This document shows, piece after piece, positions 9,710 to 21,444 of a stretch of DNA of 64,000 bases. The stretch comes from an uncultured candidate division Zixibacteria bacterium. Its GTDB lineage: Bacteria > Zixibacteria > MSB-5A5 > GN15 > FEB-12. The notes below the pieces were generated by a model. That model was not told the DNA's origin. It worked only from the letters and a program-made list of their open reading frames with translations, and made no database searches. The stretch is taken from contig OY760907.1 in NCBI GenBank assembly GCA_963664195.1, positions 2,432,001 through 2,496,000 on the forward strand, written 5' to 3'. Position numbers and translations under genes: made by a program. Numbering within the stretch: position 1 is the first letter of the stretch; the number at the start of each line of letters is the position of its first letter.

Positions 9710-11043
9710 GTTTCTATTCGCCGGTCAGGACAAACGCGGCCGAAGTCGCCGACTCTGAAAAACTGCACCTGTTCAGATATGTCGAAGACCCGGATCAGCC
9801 GAAGATTGAGACGTTCGAAGCTCACGGTGGTTATGTCGCCTGGCGCAAGGCGCTGACATCGATGAAGCCGGAACAGGTGGCCGGAGAAGTCAAGAACGCC
9901 GGATTGCGCGGTCGTGGCGGAGCCGGATTCCCAACTGGAATCAAGTGGGGCTTCATCCCCAAAGGTTCACCCAAACCCAAATACCTTGTCTGCAATGCTG
10001 ACGAATCAGAGCCGGGTACCTGCAAGGACCGGGTTATCATGGAGCGCGACCCGCACGCCATGATTGAGGGAATGGCGATTGCCTCATTTGCCATTGATTC
10101 CCACTTGATGTTCGTTTATATCCGGGGTGAGTTCGGGCACTGCGCCGATGTTGTCAGGCAGGCGGTCAAAGAGGCATACGAAAAAGGACATCTCGGCAAG
10201 AACATCTATGACACCGGATACGATCTCGACATGATCGTGCACACCGGCGGTGGCGCTTATATATGCGGCGAGGAAACCGCGTTGCTCAATTCGATTGAGG
10301 GGCACAAAGGGATGTCGCGCATTCGTCCGCCGTTCCCGGCGATTGAGGGGCTGTATGCATGCCCGACAATCGTGAACAACGTTGAGTCGCTTGCCTCGGT
10401 GCCGCATATCATCAATCGCGGAGCTGACTGGTACAAAGCGCTCGGCACCGAGAAGAGTTGCGGATCGAAGATATTCAGCCTCTCCGGTCATGTCAGACAA
10501 CCCGGTAACTATGAACTGGAACTTGGCCACAGCCTGAAGGACTTCATCTACAACGAGAAGTACGGCGGCGGCATCCTCGGAGACAAAAAGCTCAAGGGTG
10601 TGATCCCCGGCGGTTCCTCGACTCCGTTCCTGACACCTGACATGATTGACGTCGGCATGGACTACGAGTCGTTGACCACGGTTGGTACCATGCTCGGATC
10701 GGGGGCGGTGATAGTTTTCCACGAAGACACCTGTATCGTGTGGGCCATCCTCAAGCTGATCCATTTCTACCGTCACGAGTCATGCGGCAAATGTACGCCG
10801 TGCCGTGAGGGAACAGGATGGCTGGAGCAGATCATCCGTGCCGTTGAAACCGGCCATGGCAAGCCCGGCGATGTAGAGAAGATTGAGAATATTTGTGAGA
10901 ATATAATGGGACGCACCGTCTGCCCGCTCGGCGACGCGGCGGTGATGCCCATACAGTCCGCGATAAAGCACTGGCGTGACGAATGGCAATACCATATCGA
11001 TCATGGCAAGTGCATGGTTAAAACGAATTTCGAATTTGCCTGA
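9706..11043 (+). CDS. nuoF: NADH:quinone oxidoreductase subunit F
   Basis: GLRGRGGAGFPTG, NADESEPG, YICGEET, ESCGKCTPCREG. Confidence 0.98.
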   Translation: MSFYSPVRTNAAEVADSEKLHLFRYVEDPDQPKIETFEAHGGYVAWRKALTSMKPEQVAGEVKNAGLRGRGGAGFPTGIKWGFIPKGSPKPKYLVCNADESEPGTCKDRVIMERDPHAMIEGMAIASFAIDSHLMFVYIRGEFGHCADVVRQAVKEAYEKGHLGKNIYDTGYDLDMIVHTGGGAYICGEETALLNSIEGHKGMSRIRPPFPAIEGLYACPTIVNNVESLASVPHIINRGADWYKALGTEKSCGSKIFSLSGHVRQPGNYELELGHSLKDFIYNEKYGGGILGDKKLKGVIPGGSSTPFLTPDMIDVGMDYESLTTVGTMLGSGAVIVFHEDTCIVWAILKLIHFYRHESCGKCTPCREGTGWLEQIIRAVETGHGKPGDVEKIENICENIMGRTVCPLGDAAVMPIQSAIKHWRDEWQYHIDHGKCMVKTNFEFA

Positions 11044-11051
11044 GAACGAAG

Positions 11052-13613
11052 ATGGCTGACGCGGTAGATAAAAACACAGCGGTCACAGAGCCGGTCAAGA
11101 CGGTCACGCTCACAATCGACGGTCGGGAGACCACAGTACCGAAAGGTACCACAGTTCTTCAGGCGGCACGGGACATGGGGATTATCATTCCCACGTTCTG
11201 CTGGCACCCCAAGCTGAGTCCTGCGGGTTCGTGCCGGTTGTGCTATGTCGAAATCGAGAAGATGCCCAAGCTCGCAGTTTCGTGTGCGACCGAGGCTATG
11301 GACGGCATGATCGTCCATACCGATTCCGACCTCGTCAAACGAGGTCGTCGGGCAGTGATCGAATTCACGCTCATGAATCACCCGCTGGATTGCCCCACGT
11401 GCGACAAGGGCGGCGAATGCACGCTTCAGGATATGACCTTTGCCCACGGAGTCGATGACACCCGTTTCGATTTCCAGAAGGCCCGGTTCAGGGAAGAGGG
11501 CGAGGATTCCACGTTCGATGACCACCGGATCGGACCCGAGATCATTCTTAATCGCAATCGGTGCATTCTGTGTTACCGATGTGTACGGGCAAACAAGGAA
11601 GCCTTTGGAGAGTTTGATCTCGGCGCATACGAGCGCGGCAACATCACGCAGATAAACGCTGCCCCTGGACAGGTGGTTGACAATCCGTTCTCCGGGAATC
11701 TTGTCGAGATTTGTCCGGTCGGCGCTCTGACCAACACTGACTGGCGGTACAAGGCACGAGTCTGGAAGACCCAGACAACCTCTTCGATCTGTCCGTACTC
11801 AAGCTCCGGTACCAATATTCTGTTCTACAAGCAGGACAACAAACAGTTGATTCGCCGTGTGACCTCACGGTGCAACGACGATATAGACGATGGTTGGCTG
11901 TCGGATATTACCCGCTACGGCTACCAGATAGTTGGCTCCGATGATCGTCTGCAAACGCCCCTGATCAAAAAAGAGGGTAAGCAGGTCAAGGCTACCTGGG
12001 ATGAGGCGCTTGAGGTTATCGAAAAACGTTTGACCGAGATCATTGACAAGAAGGGCCGCGTCTGTATCGGTGGTTTGGTTTCGCCGAGTCTGGACAATGC
12101 GACGCTGCACAGCTTTTCAAAACTGATGCGCATTGCTATCGGCACCAACAATGTTGATCATCGGCATGACTATCGCATGCTTCCCAAGGAAGCACCCAAT
12201 GCGTATGACATTCTGGCTTCGCGACCGTTCAAGATTGCAGATATCGATTCTTCCGACGTGATTGTGACGCTTGGTTCCGATCTGCTCAAAGAGCACCACA
12301 ACGAATATCTTCGAATTCGCAAAGCGTACAACTTCCGCCAGGCAACTGTCTATTCGCTGAATCCGTACAATGTCAAGGCAGCCGATGTTGCCCGTCGTGA
12401 GTTGGTCTACAACATAGGCACTGAGGAAGTGCTCCTTAACGCGATATGCCTTGCTGCTATCGAAGATGGTCTCGTGGAAAACGCCGGTGATTTGAAAAGC
12501 AAAATCCAACCGGAGTCAGCTTCGAAAGCAGCTGAGATATGCGGCGTTGAGCTGGCCGCGATCAGAGAGGTTGCCGGGGCGCTGGCTGCAGGCAGAAAAA
12601 TAACATTCTTCGCCGGTGAGATCGTTAGTCGATCCATCGCGCGCGAACTGATCGCAGCCGCAATGTGCAATCTCAACCGTCTCTTCGGTATTGAGGCGAA
12701 GGGCCAGATCACGGCTCTTGGTCGATACGCCAACTCAGTTGGTGCTGAGAAACTCGGTCTTACGCCGGAAAACTCTCCTGCGGCCAAGGAAGCGCTCAAA
12801 ACTCTCTGGGGCCAGTGGCCGGAGTCAGAGCCTTGGAATACGGACAAGATGATGGTCAACATGAAGAAGGAAGAGATTGCCGGGTGCCTCATTATGGGCA
12901 GCAACCCCGTGATGCTCTATCCTGACCGTGAGTTCGTCCGCGAAGGTCTGGAGAAACTCGATTTCCTCGCTGTTGCCGACTTGTTCGAAACCGACACGAC
13001 GATCCTCGCCGATGTCGTTCTGCCACTGGCCAGTTGGGCCGAGTACGACGGCGAATACGTCAACCTCGAAGGCAAGGTGCAGCGCGCAAACAAAGCGCTC
13101 AAGCCGCGCTTCGGATCTCGTCCCGGCTACGTAATTGCAGAACAGATTGCGGAGCATCTCGGGACGAACCTGTACGAATCGAACGCCGACCGGCAGAACG
13201 AAATCGAACACGTGCTGAGCGTTGACTGCACGCTGGCCTGGCCCGATGGTTTTGTCGAGGTTCCGGCAGCGCCGGACGAAGTACCCAAAGAATTTCCGGT
13301 CCCGTTGCTGGTGGGGGATGACCCGCATCACAGCGGGCACCTGACAGAAAAAGCCAACTCGCTGGCGAATTTCTCCGGCGAGGCGTACATAGAGATGTCG
13401 GCCGATACGGCAGCCCGGTATGAACTGGCCGATGGCGATTCGGTGCGAGTGGAATCACCGGTGGGCAAGATCATTGTCCCTGCCCTGATTTCAAACACCA
13501 TCGTCAACGACGTTGTGTTCATACCAAGGAATTTCTCATCCACTCACGTGACTTCGCTTATGATGCGGAAGAAGCGAGTGGACTGGGTCAAGCTCAGCAA
13601 GGTGGTAAGCTGA
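11052..13613 (+). CDS. nuoG: NADH:quinone oxidoreductase subunit G
   Basis: GSCRLC, NHPLDCPTCDKGGEC, RCILCYRC, ICPVGAL; molybdopterin-oxidoreductase-like C-terminus. Confidence 0.96.
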   Translation: MADAVDKNTAVTEPVKTVTLTIDGRETTVPKGTTVLQAARDMGIIIPTFCWHPKLSPAGSCRLCYVEIEKMPKLAVSCATEAMDGMIVHTDSDLVKRGRRAVIEFTLMNHPLDCPTCDKGGECTLQDMTFAHGVDDTRFDFQKARFREEGEDSTFDDHRIGPEIILNRNRCILCYRCVRANKEAFGEFDLGAYERGNITQINAAPGQVVDNPFSGNLVEICPVGALTNTDWRYKARVWKTQTTSSICPYSSSGTNILFYKQDNKQLIRRVTSRCNDDIDDGWLSDITRYGYQIVGSDDRLQTPLIKKEGKQVKATWDEALEVIEKRLTEIIDKKGRVCIGGLVSPSLDNATLHSFSKLMRIAIGTNNVDHRHDYRMLPKEAPNAYDILASRPFKIADIDSSDVIVTLGSDLLKEHHNEYLRIRKAYNFRQATVYSLNPYNVKAADVARRELVYNIGTEEVLLNAICLAAIEDGLVENAGDLKSKIQPESASKAAEICGVELAAIREVAGALAAGRKITFFAGEIVSRSIARELIAAAMCNLNRLFGIEAKGQITALGRYANSVGAEKLGLTPENSPAAKEALKTLWGQWPESEPWNTDKMMVNMKKEEIAGCLIMGSNPVMLYPDREFVREGLEKLDFLAVADLFETDTTILADVVLPLASWAEYDGEYVNLEGKVQRANKALKPRFGSRPGYVIAEQIAEHLGTNLYESNADRQNEIEHVLSVDCTLAWPDGFVEVPAAPDEVPKEFPVPLLVGDDPHHSGHLTEKANSLANFSGEAYIEMSADTAARYELADGDSVRVESPVGKIIVPALISNTIVNDVVFIPRNFSSTHVTSLMMRKKRVDWVKLSKVVS

Positions 13614-13617
13614 TCCC

Positions 13618-14607
13618 ATGTTGGAAACAATAATCATTTCTTCGATTAAGGTTATCGCGGTCGTTTTGGTCGTGTTGGGTGGCTGCGCCTATTCAACCCT
13701 TTTGGAACGCAAGGTGCTGGCCTTCATGCAGCATCGCGTCGGCCCCATCAAAGCGGGTCCGTGGGGATTGCTTCAGCCTATCGCGGATGCGTTCAAGCTG
13801 ATGTTCAAGGAGGATATCGTTCCTGATCACGCGGAACGGGCCATGTTCACTCTGGCGCCGATCATCTCGTTTATCCCAGCTCTGATGATCTTTGCCGTGG
13901 TACCGTTCTCTGCCGACTTCTCGGTTTTTGGTTACGAGATCACAGGCGTCATTTCCGATCTGAATATAGGCGTTCTCTGGATTTTTGCCGTCACAGGCAT
14001 TTCCGTCTACGGGATATGTTTGGCCGGATGGGCCTCGGGATCGAAATACTCCCTGATGGGCGGCATCCGATCTGCGGCTCAGATGATATCCTACGAACTC
14101 AGCTACGGTCTGTCGATCGTCGGCGTTATCATTATCGGCAACACGCTCTCCATGACCGAGTTGGTCGGACAGCAGTCTTCGATTCTTGACTGGTATATCT
14201 GGAAACAGCCGCTCGGGTTTGTGCTGTATATCATCTGTGCGGTTGCGGAAACCAACCGTGTGCCGTTTGATCTTCCCGAAGCTGAATCGGAGCTTGTGGC
14301 CGGGTATCACACCGAGTATTCCTCCATGCGCTTCTCGACCTTTTTTGTCGCCGAGTACGGTTACATGATCGGTGTGGCGGCAGTCGGCTCGACACTGTTC
14401 TTCGGCGGCTGGCAGGGACCGTTCCTGCCGGGGATTCTCTGGTTCTGTGCGAAAGTATTCTGTTTTATGTTCTTCTATATATGGCTGCGGGCAACCCTGC
14501 CGCGATTCCGGTACGATCAGTTGATGGCGTTCGGATGGAAGGTGCTGTTCCCCCTGGCCGTGTTGAATACAATGGTGACCGCATTCATTGTGTTGTTCTT
14601 CGATTGA
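13618..14607 (+). CDS. nuoH: NADH:quinone oxidoreductase subunit H
   Basis: ERKVLA, GLLQPIAD, AETNRVPFDLPEAESEL, PRFRYDQLM. Confidence 0.98.
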   Translation: MLETIIISSIKVIAVVLVVLGGCAYSTLLERKVLAFMQHRVGPIKAGPWGLLQPIADAFKLMFKEDIVPDHAERAMFTLAPIISFIPALMIFAVVPFSADFSVFGYEITGVISDLNIGVLWIFAVTGISVYGICLAGWASGSKYSLMGGIRSAAQMISYELSYGLSIVGVIIIGNTLSMTELVGQQSSILDWYIWKQPLGFVLYIICAVAETNRVPFDLPEAESELVAGYHTEYSSMRFSTFFVAEYGYMIGVAAVGSTLFFGGWQGPFLPGILWFCAKVFCFMFFYIWLRATLPRFRYDQLMAFGWKVLFPLAVLNTMVTAFIVLFFD

Positions 14608-14627
14608 CGACACGAGGCAGCAGATAG

Positions 14628-15131
14628 ATGAAAGAGTTTTTTAAAGTAATCTGGGACGTCGTAAGGATGCCGGCGGGCTTGTTCGTTACGTTCAAGCACA
14701 TGTTCAAAAAGCCGCTGACATTTGATTACCCGTCGGAGAAAGTGCCGATGGCTCCGCGCTTCAAGGGGCTGCACTATCTCGAACGTTACGACGATGGCAC
14801 CGAGCGTTGTGTCTGTTGCGGACTCTGCGCTGCCGCATGTCCGGCGGATGCGATTTACATGGAGCCGGCAGAGAACGATCGTGGCGAGCGTTACGCCAAA
14901 GTCTACGAGATCAACCTCCTGAGGTGTATTTACTGCGGCTTCTGCGAGGAAGCCTGCCCCGAGGAGGCGATCTTCCTCGGACAGGAATACGAGTTTGCTA
15001 CCGATAACCGTCCGGACTTCATTTATCCGAAAGAGAAGATGCTGGTGCAGCATCCGCGAAAAGACAATCCGTTCAAGAGAATTAACCGACGTCTCCGGAA
15101 AGTGTACGGCGTGCCTGCGAGTAAGTCATGA
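14628..15131 (+). CDS. nuoI: NADH:quinone oxidoreductase subunit I
   Basis: Two CxxCxxCxxxCP motifs. Confidence 0.97.
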   Translation: MKEFFKVIWDVVRMPAGLFVTFKHMFKKPLTFDYPSEKVPMAPRFKGLHYLERYDDGTERCVCCGLCAAACPADAIYMEPAENDRGERYAKVYEINLLRCIYCGFCEEACPEEAIFLGQEYEFATDNRPDFIYPKEKMLVQHPRKDNPFKRINRRLRKVYGVPASKS

Positions 15132-15712
15132 GTCTAGATATAGTCATCTTCATAGTATCGGCCCTGGTGGCCGTATTCGGCGCCACCATGATGATTGCCC
15201 AGCGCAATCCGGTAGCTTCGGTGCTATACATGATCCTGTCGCTGGTGGCGCAGGCAGCGTGCTACGTGCAACTGGGTGCCCTGTTTCTGGGCGCGATCCT
15301 GATTGTCGTGTACGCCGGGGCCATCATGGTCCTGTTCCTGTTCGTCATCATGTTGTTGAATCTTCGCGGTGGCGAAGATCTTGGAACGGGTGGCAAACCG
15401 GTCAGCCTGTTTACGAAATACGCTTTCGGGATACTGTTGGCGCTGGAGCTGGCGTTCATCGTCAGTGACGTACCTCTTCGGGCAACCGCTAACGGCGTAA
15501 TGGGTGATCCCGGCACGGAATTCGGTGCCGTCTCCACAGTGGCCCGCCTGATGTACACGGACTATCTCTACCCGTTTGAACTGACAGGCATTCTGTTGCT
15601 GGCTGCAGTGATCGGGGCGGTGGTGCTCGCCAAGTCTCGACGCGGAGATGACGATTCGCTCAGTCCCGAGATAGAGACGGCAGAGAGTCAAACAGAAGAA
15701 GTGGTGAAATAA
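15128..15712 (+). CDS. nuoJ: NADH:quinone oxidoreductase subunit J
   Basis: VYAGAIMVLFLFVIMLL; YLYPFE. Confidence 0.97.
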   Translation: MSLDIVIFIVSALVAVFGATMMIAQRNPVASVLYMILSLVAQAACYVQLGALFLGAILIVVYAGAIMVLFLFVIMLLNLRGGEDLGTGGKPVSLFTKYAFGILLALELAFIVSDVPLRATANGVMGDPGTEFGAVSTVARLMYTDYLYPFELTGILLLAAVIGAVVLAKSRRGDDDSLSPEIETAESQTEEVVK

Positions 15713-15714
15713 GT

Positions 15715-16017
15715 ATGGTACCTGTTTCCGCATACTTGATCCTGGCCATGGTGCTTTTTGGCATCGGTACGGTCGGCGTGCTCATTTCGCGCAACGTGAT
15801 CATACTTGTCATGGCGATAGAGCTAATGCTGAACGCCGCCAACCTGGCGCTGATCGCCTTCTCGAGGGCGCTCAATATATCAGACGGTCACGTTATTGTC
15901 TTCCTAGTGATGACCGTTGCAGCAGCCGAGGTTGCAGTTGGCCTGGCAATGATAATCATGGTTTTCCGGAATCGCGAGACGATCAATGTCGACCGATTCA
16001 GTTTGTTGAAATGGTAG
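15715..16017 (+). CDS. nuoK: NADH:quinone oxidoreductase subunit K
   Basis: IELMLNAAN; VAAAEVAVGLA. Confidence 0.97.
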   Translation: MVPVSAYLILAMVLFGIGTVGVLISRNVIILVMAIELMLNAANLALIAFSRALNISDGHVIVFLVMTVAAAEVAVGLAMIIMVFRNRETINVDRFSLLKW

Positions 16018-16028
16018 GAAGGGCATAG

Positions 16029-17975
16029 ATGGCAGAGTATCTCTTTCTCATCCCGCTGTTCCCGTTAATCGGGTTTATTATCAACGGGTTGTTGATCGGC
16101 CGAATCCCGAAACCGCTAATCACTGCGGTTGCTGTGGGAGCAAGCGGCCTGTCATTCGTGCTGTCAGTCGTGCTCTTTTTCGAACTGAAGGCACTGCCGG
16201 TCGATGCCCGGGTGATCGAGCAAACGTTGTTCGATTGGATTACCGCCGGAAGATTCCATGTCGATGTCGGCTTCCTGCTCGACCCGTTGTCAGCCGTAAT
16301 GATTCTCGTGGTCACTGGAGTGGGCACGCTGATCCACATTTACTCGGTTGGCTACATGGCCCACGACAAGGGCTACGGTCGATTCTTCGCGTACCTGAAC
16401 CTGTTTACGTTCTCGATGCTCATGCTTGTGCTCGCGGACAATTTCCTGCTGATGTTTGTCGGCTGGGAGGGTGTAGGCCTGTGCTCCTACCTGCTGATCG
16501 GATTTTGGTATCACAAGAAGTCGGCCTCAGATGCCGGCAAGAAGGCGTTTATTGTCAATCGTATCGGTGACTTCGGATTCCTCATCGGCATGTTCATTGT
16601 CTTCTGGCAGGTTGGTTCACTCGACTTCGCCACGGTTGCCGCCAAAGCCCCGTATATGTTTATTGCCGGCGGTACTTTGATCACCACTGCCTGCTTGTGT
16701 CTATTCGTTGGAGCAACCGGCAAATCGGCTCAGATTCCGCTCTACGTCTGGCTGCCGGATGCGATGGAAGGCCCGACCCCGGTTTCGGCACTCATCCATG
16801 CTGCCACCATGGTTACGGCGGGTGTCTACATGATAGCACGTACCAACGTGCTGTTCATGATGGCCCCCGACGCGCTAATGGTAGTTGCCATTATTGGTGC
16901 CGCAACGGCGTTCTTCGCCGGAACCATTGGCCTGGCCCAAAACGATATCAAACGCGTGTTGGCCTACTCGACAGTCAGTCAGCTTGGATACATGTTCCTC
17001 GCCTGTGGCGTAGCGGCTTTTAGTGCCGGCATTTTCCATCTGATGACCCACGCCTTTTTCAAGGCCCTGTTATTCCTTGGTGCCGGCTCCGTGATTCACG
17101 CCATGTCCGACGAACAGGACATGCGGAATATGGGCGGTCTGAAAAGGCATCTGCCGGTCACATTCTGGACGTTCATGATGGCCACGCTGGCGATCTCGGG
17201 CATACCGTTGCTCTCGGGCTTTTTCTCAAAGGATGAAATTCTCTGGAAGTCGTTCTCGTCCGGTCACGGTCACTGGCTGCTCTGGGTAGTCGGCTTTGCC
17301 ACTGCCGGATTGACCGCGTTTTACATGTTCCGACTGGTGTATCTGACGTTCTACGGTGAAGAGCGGATGGATGCCGAGACGAAAAAACACATTCACGAAT
17401 CACCGAAGACAATGACCGTGCCGCTCACGGCGCTGGCGGTGCTTTCGGTGATCGGCGGCTATGTTGGCATACCGCATATCTTCGGTGCAACGAACTACTT
17501 TGAAGAATGGTTGCACCCGGTCATGGCCGGCACGCACCAGGAAGCGGCTGCTCACGCTCTGGCCTCGGTCGGAGCTGACACGAGTATGGAGTGGACGCTG
17601 ATGTTTGCTTCGGTAGCCCTGGTGTTGGTAGCGATTGGTCTGGCATACTACTTCTACCGGAAGAATCTGGCCGCAACCACCAAATTGGCCGAGAGCTTCT
17701 CCGGCATCAAGACGGCGCTGGCAAACAAGTATTACGTGGATGAATTCTACGGCGCCACGGTCGTTCGGCCGCTCGTTTATTTCTCGGTGTTTCTGTGGAA
17801 GATAGTGGACGTCGTCATTATTGATGGCTTCCTGAACGGCCTGGCGAGTCTCTGGCGCGACATATCCGATTTTCTCCGGCACAGTCAGTCAGGGAAGTTG
17901 CGTAACTACGCGACTGTGTTCACGGCCGGTGTTGTAGTGCTGTTGGCGTACGTAACCTACATTGTGATAAGATAA
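16029..17975 (+). CDS. nuoL: NADH:quinone oxidoreductase subunit L
   Basis: GKSAQIPLYVWLPDAMEGPTPVSALIHAATMV. Confidence 0.98.
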   Translation: MAEYLFLIPLFPLIGFIINGLLIGRIPKPLITAVAVGASGLSFVLSVVLFFELKALPVDARVIEQTLFDWITAGRFHVDVGFLLDPLSAVMILVVTGVGTLIHIYSVGYMAHDKGYGRFFAYLNLFTFSMLMLVLADNFLLMFVGWEGVGLCSYLLIGFWYHKKSASDAGKKAFIVNRIGDFGFLIGMFIVFWQVGSLDFATVAAKAPYMFIAGGTLITTACLCLFVGATGKSAQIPLYVWLPDAMEGPTPVSALIHAATMVTAGVYMIARTNVLFMMAPDALMVVAIIGAATAFFAGTIGLAQNDIKRVLAYSTVSQLGYMFLACGVAAFSAGIFHLMTHAFFKALLFLGAGSVIHAMSDEQDMRNMGGLKRHLPVTFWTFMMATLAISGIPLLSGFFSKDEILWKSFSSGHGHWLLWVVGFATAGLTAFYMFRLVYLTFYGEERMDAETKKHIHESPKTMTVPLTALAVLSVIGGYVGIPHIFGATNYFEEWLHPVMAGTHQEAAAHALASVGADTSMEWTLMFASVALVLVAIGLAYYFYRKNLAATTKLAESFSGIKTALANKYYVDEFYGATVVRPLVYFSVFLWKIVDVVIIDGFLNGLASLWRDISDFLRHSQSGKLRNYATVFTAGVVVLLAYVTYIVIR

Positions 17976-17978
17976 GTA

Positions 17979-19545
<1,567 letters not shown>

Positions 19546-19553
<8 letters not shown>

Positions 19554-19767
19554 CGTTACGATCTATACCAAAGTTGGATGTCCGTACTGTGCGGCAGCCA
19601 AGAAGCACTACACGGATCAGGGAATAGAATTCAAGGAAATCGACGTTCACCAGACGTCGGGAGCTAAAGACAAAGTTAGGGAATTGAGTGACGGCAAGAA
19701 TATCGTCCCGATTATTGTCGAGGACGGTGCAGTCAAAGTCGGCTTTGGCGGTGGCTGAGGCATCTAG
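19546..19767 (+). CDS. glutaredoxin-like putative selenoprotein (73 aa; CPYC; C-terminal GGG-U-G-I-stop, Uxx-star-like)
   Basis: GCPYC and VP glutaredoxin motifs; in-frame TGA at 19756-19758 followed by GGC ATC TAG and a SECIS-like hairpin. The ORF itself (to 19758) is very likely; Sec readthrough is inferred. Confidence 0.85.
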
Positions 19768-19798
19768 CCTCGGTGACGGTCGTCACCAGTGAGTAGAT
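19762..19798 (+). promoter_or_regulatory. bacterial SECIS-like hairpin
   Basis: GGTGAC (19772-77), GGTC loop, GTCACC (19782-87), with the loop 19 nt after the UGA; lower pairings CTC/GAG and ATCTA/TAGAT. Confidence 0.75.
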
Positions 19799-21250
19799 AT
19801 GGTAGATTACGTATCAGCATTATCGATTGACTTCAGCCTGATTTATCCGGAAATCGCGCTGTTGATCGGGTCATTCCTGATTCTGCTTTTGGCCCCATCG
19901 AAACGGCTCAATCAGTCGGCGTTTGGCCTCGCAGTGGTCACATACGTCGTTGCTCTGATTCTGGCCAGCCAGCAATGGGGACACCAGGGCTCCGGGTTCG
20001 GCGACATGGTCGTTTGCGACAGTTTTGGCGTTATGTTCAAGCTCATATTCGTGGTGGCCTGTATCACGACGCTGTTCCTTGGACGAAGCTATCTGACCTC
20101 GAAGAATCTTGACCGACCGGAGTATTACGCTCTCATGCTCATCTCGTCGGTCGGCATGATGGTCATGGCGAACACTGCCGATCTGGTTGTGATGTTCATC
20201 GGTCTGGAGGTCATGTCGCTGCCTTTATATGTGATGGCCGGATTGAATCGTCGCTCGCTCGAATCAAACGAGGCCGGACTCAAGTATTTCGTTATGGGGG
20301 CATTTGCTACGGCCTTCCTGCTGATGGGGATCACGTTCATTTTCGGAGCGGCAGAGTCGACCAACCTTCGCCGAATTGTCACAGACTTCGCGTACATCGC
20401 GGATCAATCGACGGTGTATCTGTATTGCGGCGTTATCCTGATCCTGATCGGGTTTGGATTCAAGATTGCCGCCGTACCGTTCCATTCGTGGGTACCGGAC
20501 GTCTACCAGGGTGCTCCCACACCGGTGACCGCGTTCTTCTCGGTGGCGCCGAAAGCGGCGGGTTTTGCGGTAATGCTCCGCATATTCGTATTCGGTTTCT
20601 CGGGTATCGAACACCTTTCGACCATCTTCTGGATCCTTGCGGTGCTGACCATGTCAGTCGGCAATATCCTCGCATTAAGGCAGGAGAACGTGAAACGAAT
20701 GCTGGCCTATTCGTCGATCTCCCACGCCGGGTATATTCTCGTGGCGCTGGCGGTTGGTGGGGGAGATGCCGTTTCCTCGGCGATCTTCTATCTGGTTGCG
20801 TACACGATGTTCAACCTCGGCGGTTTCACCGTCGTCACTTTGCTTGAGACGCGAACCGGCTGCAAGTCGGATTTCACGGAGTTGGTCGGCCTGTCCAGGG
20901 CACACCCGTACCTGGCCGCGATCCTGGCGCTGTTCATGTTCGCACTGTCCGGTTTTCCTCCGACTGCCGGTTTCTTCGGCAAGTTCTACGTCTTTTCCGC
21001 CGCAGTACAGTCGGGCTTCCTTTGGCTGGCCGTCATCGGTGTGATGAACTCATTTGTCTCAGTCTACTACTATCTTCGGGTGATAAAGACATCGTACTTC
21101 GATACGGCAGAGACTGCCGCCAAACCGATCGCGTTTACACCGTCGATCACGGTGGCACTGGTGATTACGATTGTCGGGACACTCGGACTCGGGTTCTTCC
21201 CGCAACAGTTGCTGGAATTCTCGCGGGCAGCGATCTTCAACATGCCGTAA
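19799..21250 (+). CDS. nuoN: NADH:quinone oxidoreductase subunit N
   Basis: EAGLKYF; FKIAAVPFHSWVPDVYQGAPTP; KRMLAYSSISHAG. Confidence 0.98.
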   Translation: MVDYVSALSIDFSLIYPEIALLIGSFLILLLAPSKRLNQSAFGLAVVTYVVALILASQQWGHQGSGFGDMVVCDSFGVMFKLIFVVACITTLFLGRSYLTSKNLDRPEYYALMLISSVGMMVMANTADLVVMFIGLEVMSLPLYVMAGLNRRSLESNEAGLKYFVMGAFATAFLLMGITFIFGAAESTNLRRIVTDFAYIADQSTVYLYCGVILILIGFGFKIAAVPFHSWVPDVYQGAPTPVTAFFSVAPKAAGFAVMLRIFVFGFSGIEHLSTIFWILAVLTMSVGNILALRQENVKRMLAYSSISHAGYILVALAVGGGDAVSSAIFYLVAYTMFNLGGFTVVTLLETRTGCKSDFTELVGLSRAHPYLAAILALFMFALSGFPPTAGFFGKFYVFSAAVQSGFLWLAVIGVMNSFVSVYYYLRVIKTSYFDTAETAAKPIAFTPSITVALVITIVGTLGLGFFPQQLLEFSRAAIFNMP

Positions 21251-21314
21251 GGAGTGTTGCTGACAAGTCTCTTGGTTTACATGCCGTTGGATGATCTGGG
21301 GCTGTCTCCCACAA

Positions 21315-21405
21315 GTAGGTCGAAACCCGACGCAGCGAGCTGTCTGCGGTTTCGACATCCTTGGCGGATTTGAAGACGGCCACTCGTGGCATTGACCCGT
21401 CCTAC
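21315..21405. repeat. GTAG-type REP-like pair between convergent nuoN and purF (copy 2)
   Basis: GTAG-GTCGAAACC...GGTTTCGAC (21315-21356), then a second hairpin ending in CTAC (21363-21405) that is homologous to 41481-41523. Confidence 0.75.
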
Positions 21406-21444
21406 GGGATGTGCTCACGATCCCTTGCGAATCACACTCGACTA

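Noticed and set aside
11041..13613. TGA stops of nuoF and nuoG (and other genes) as Sec or recoded codons
   Set aside because: Proteins are full-length at these stops, and the next gene starts within a few nt.
13693..14613. Long antisense ORFs (also 51831-53000, 55782-56930, 57141-58370)
   Set aside because: They lie opposite well-supported genes; expected from codon bias in GC-rich DNA, with no motifs.
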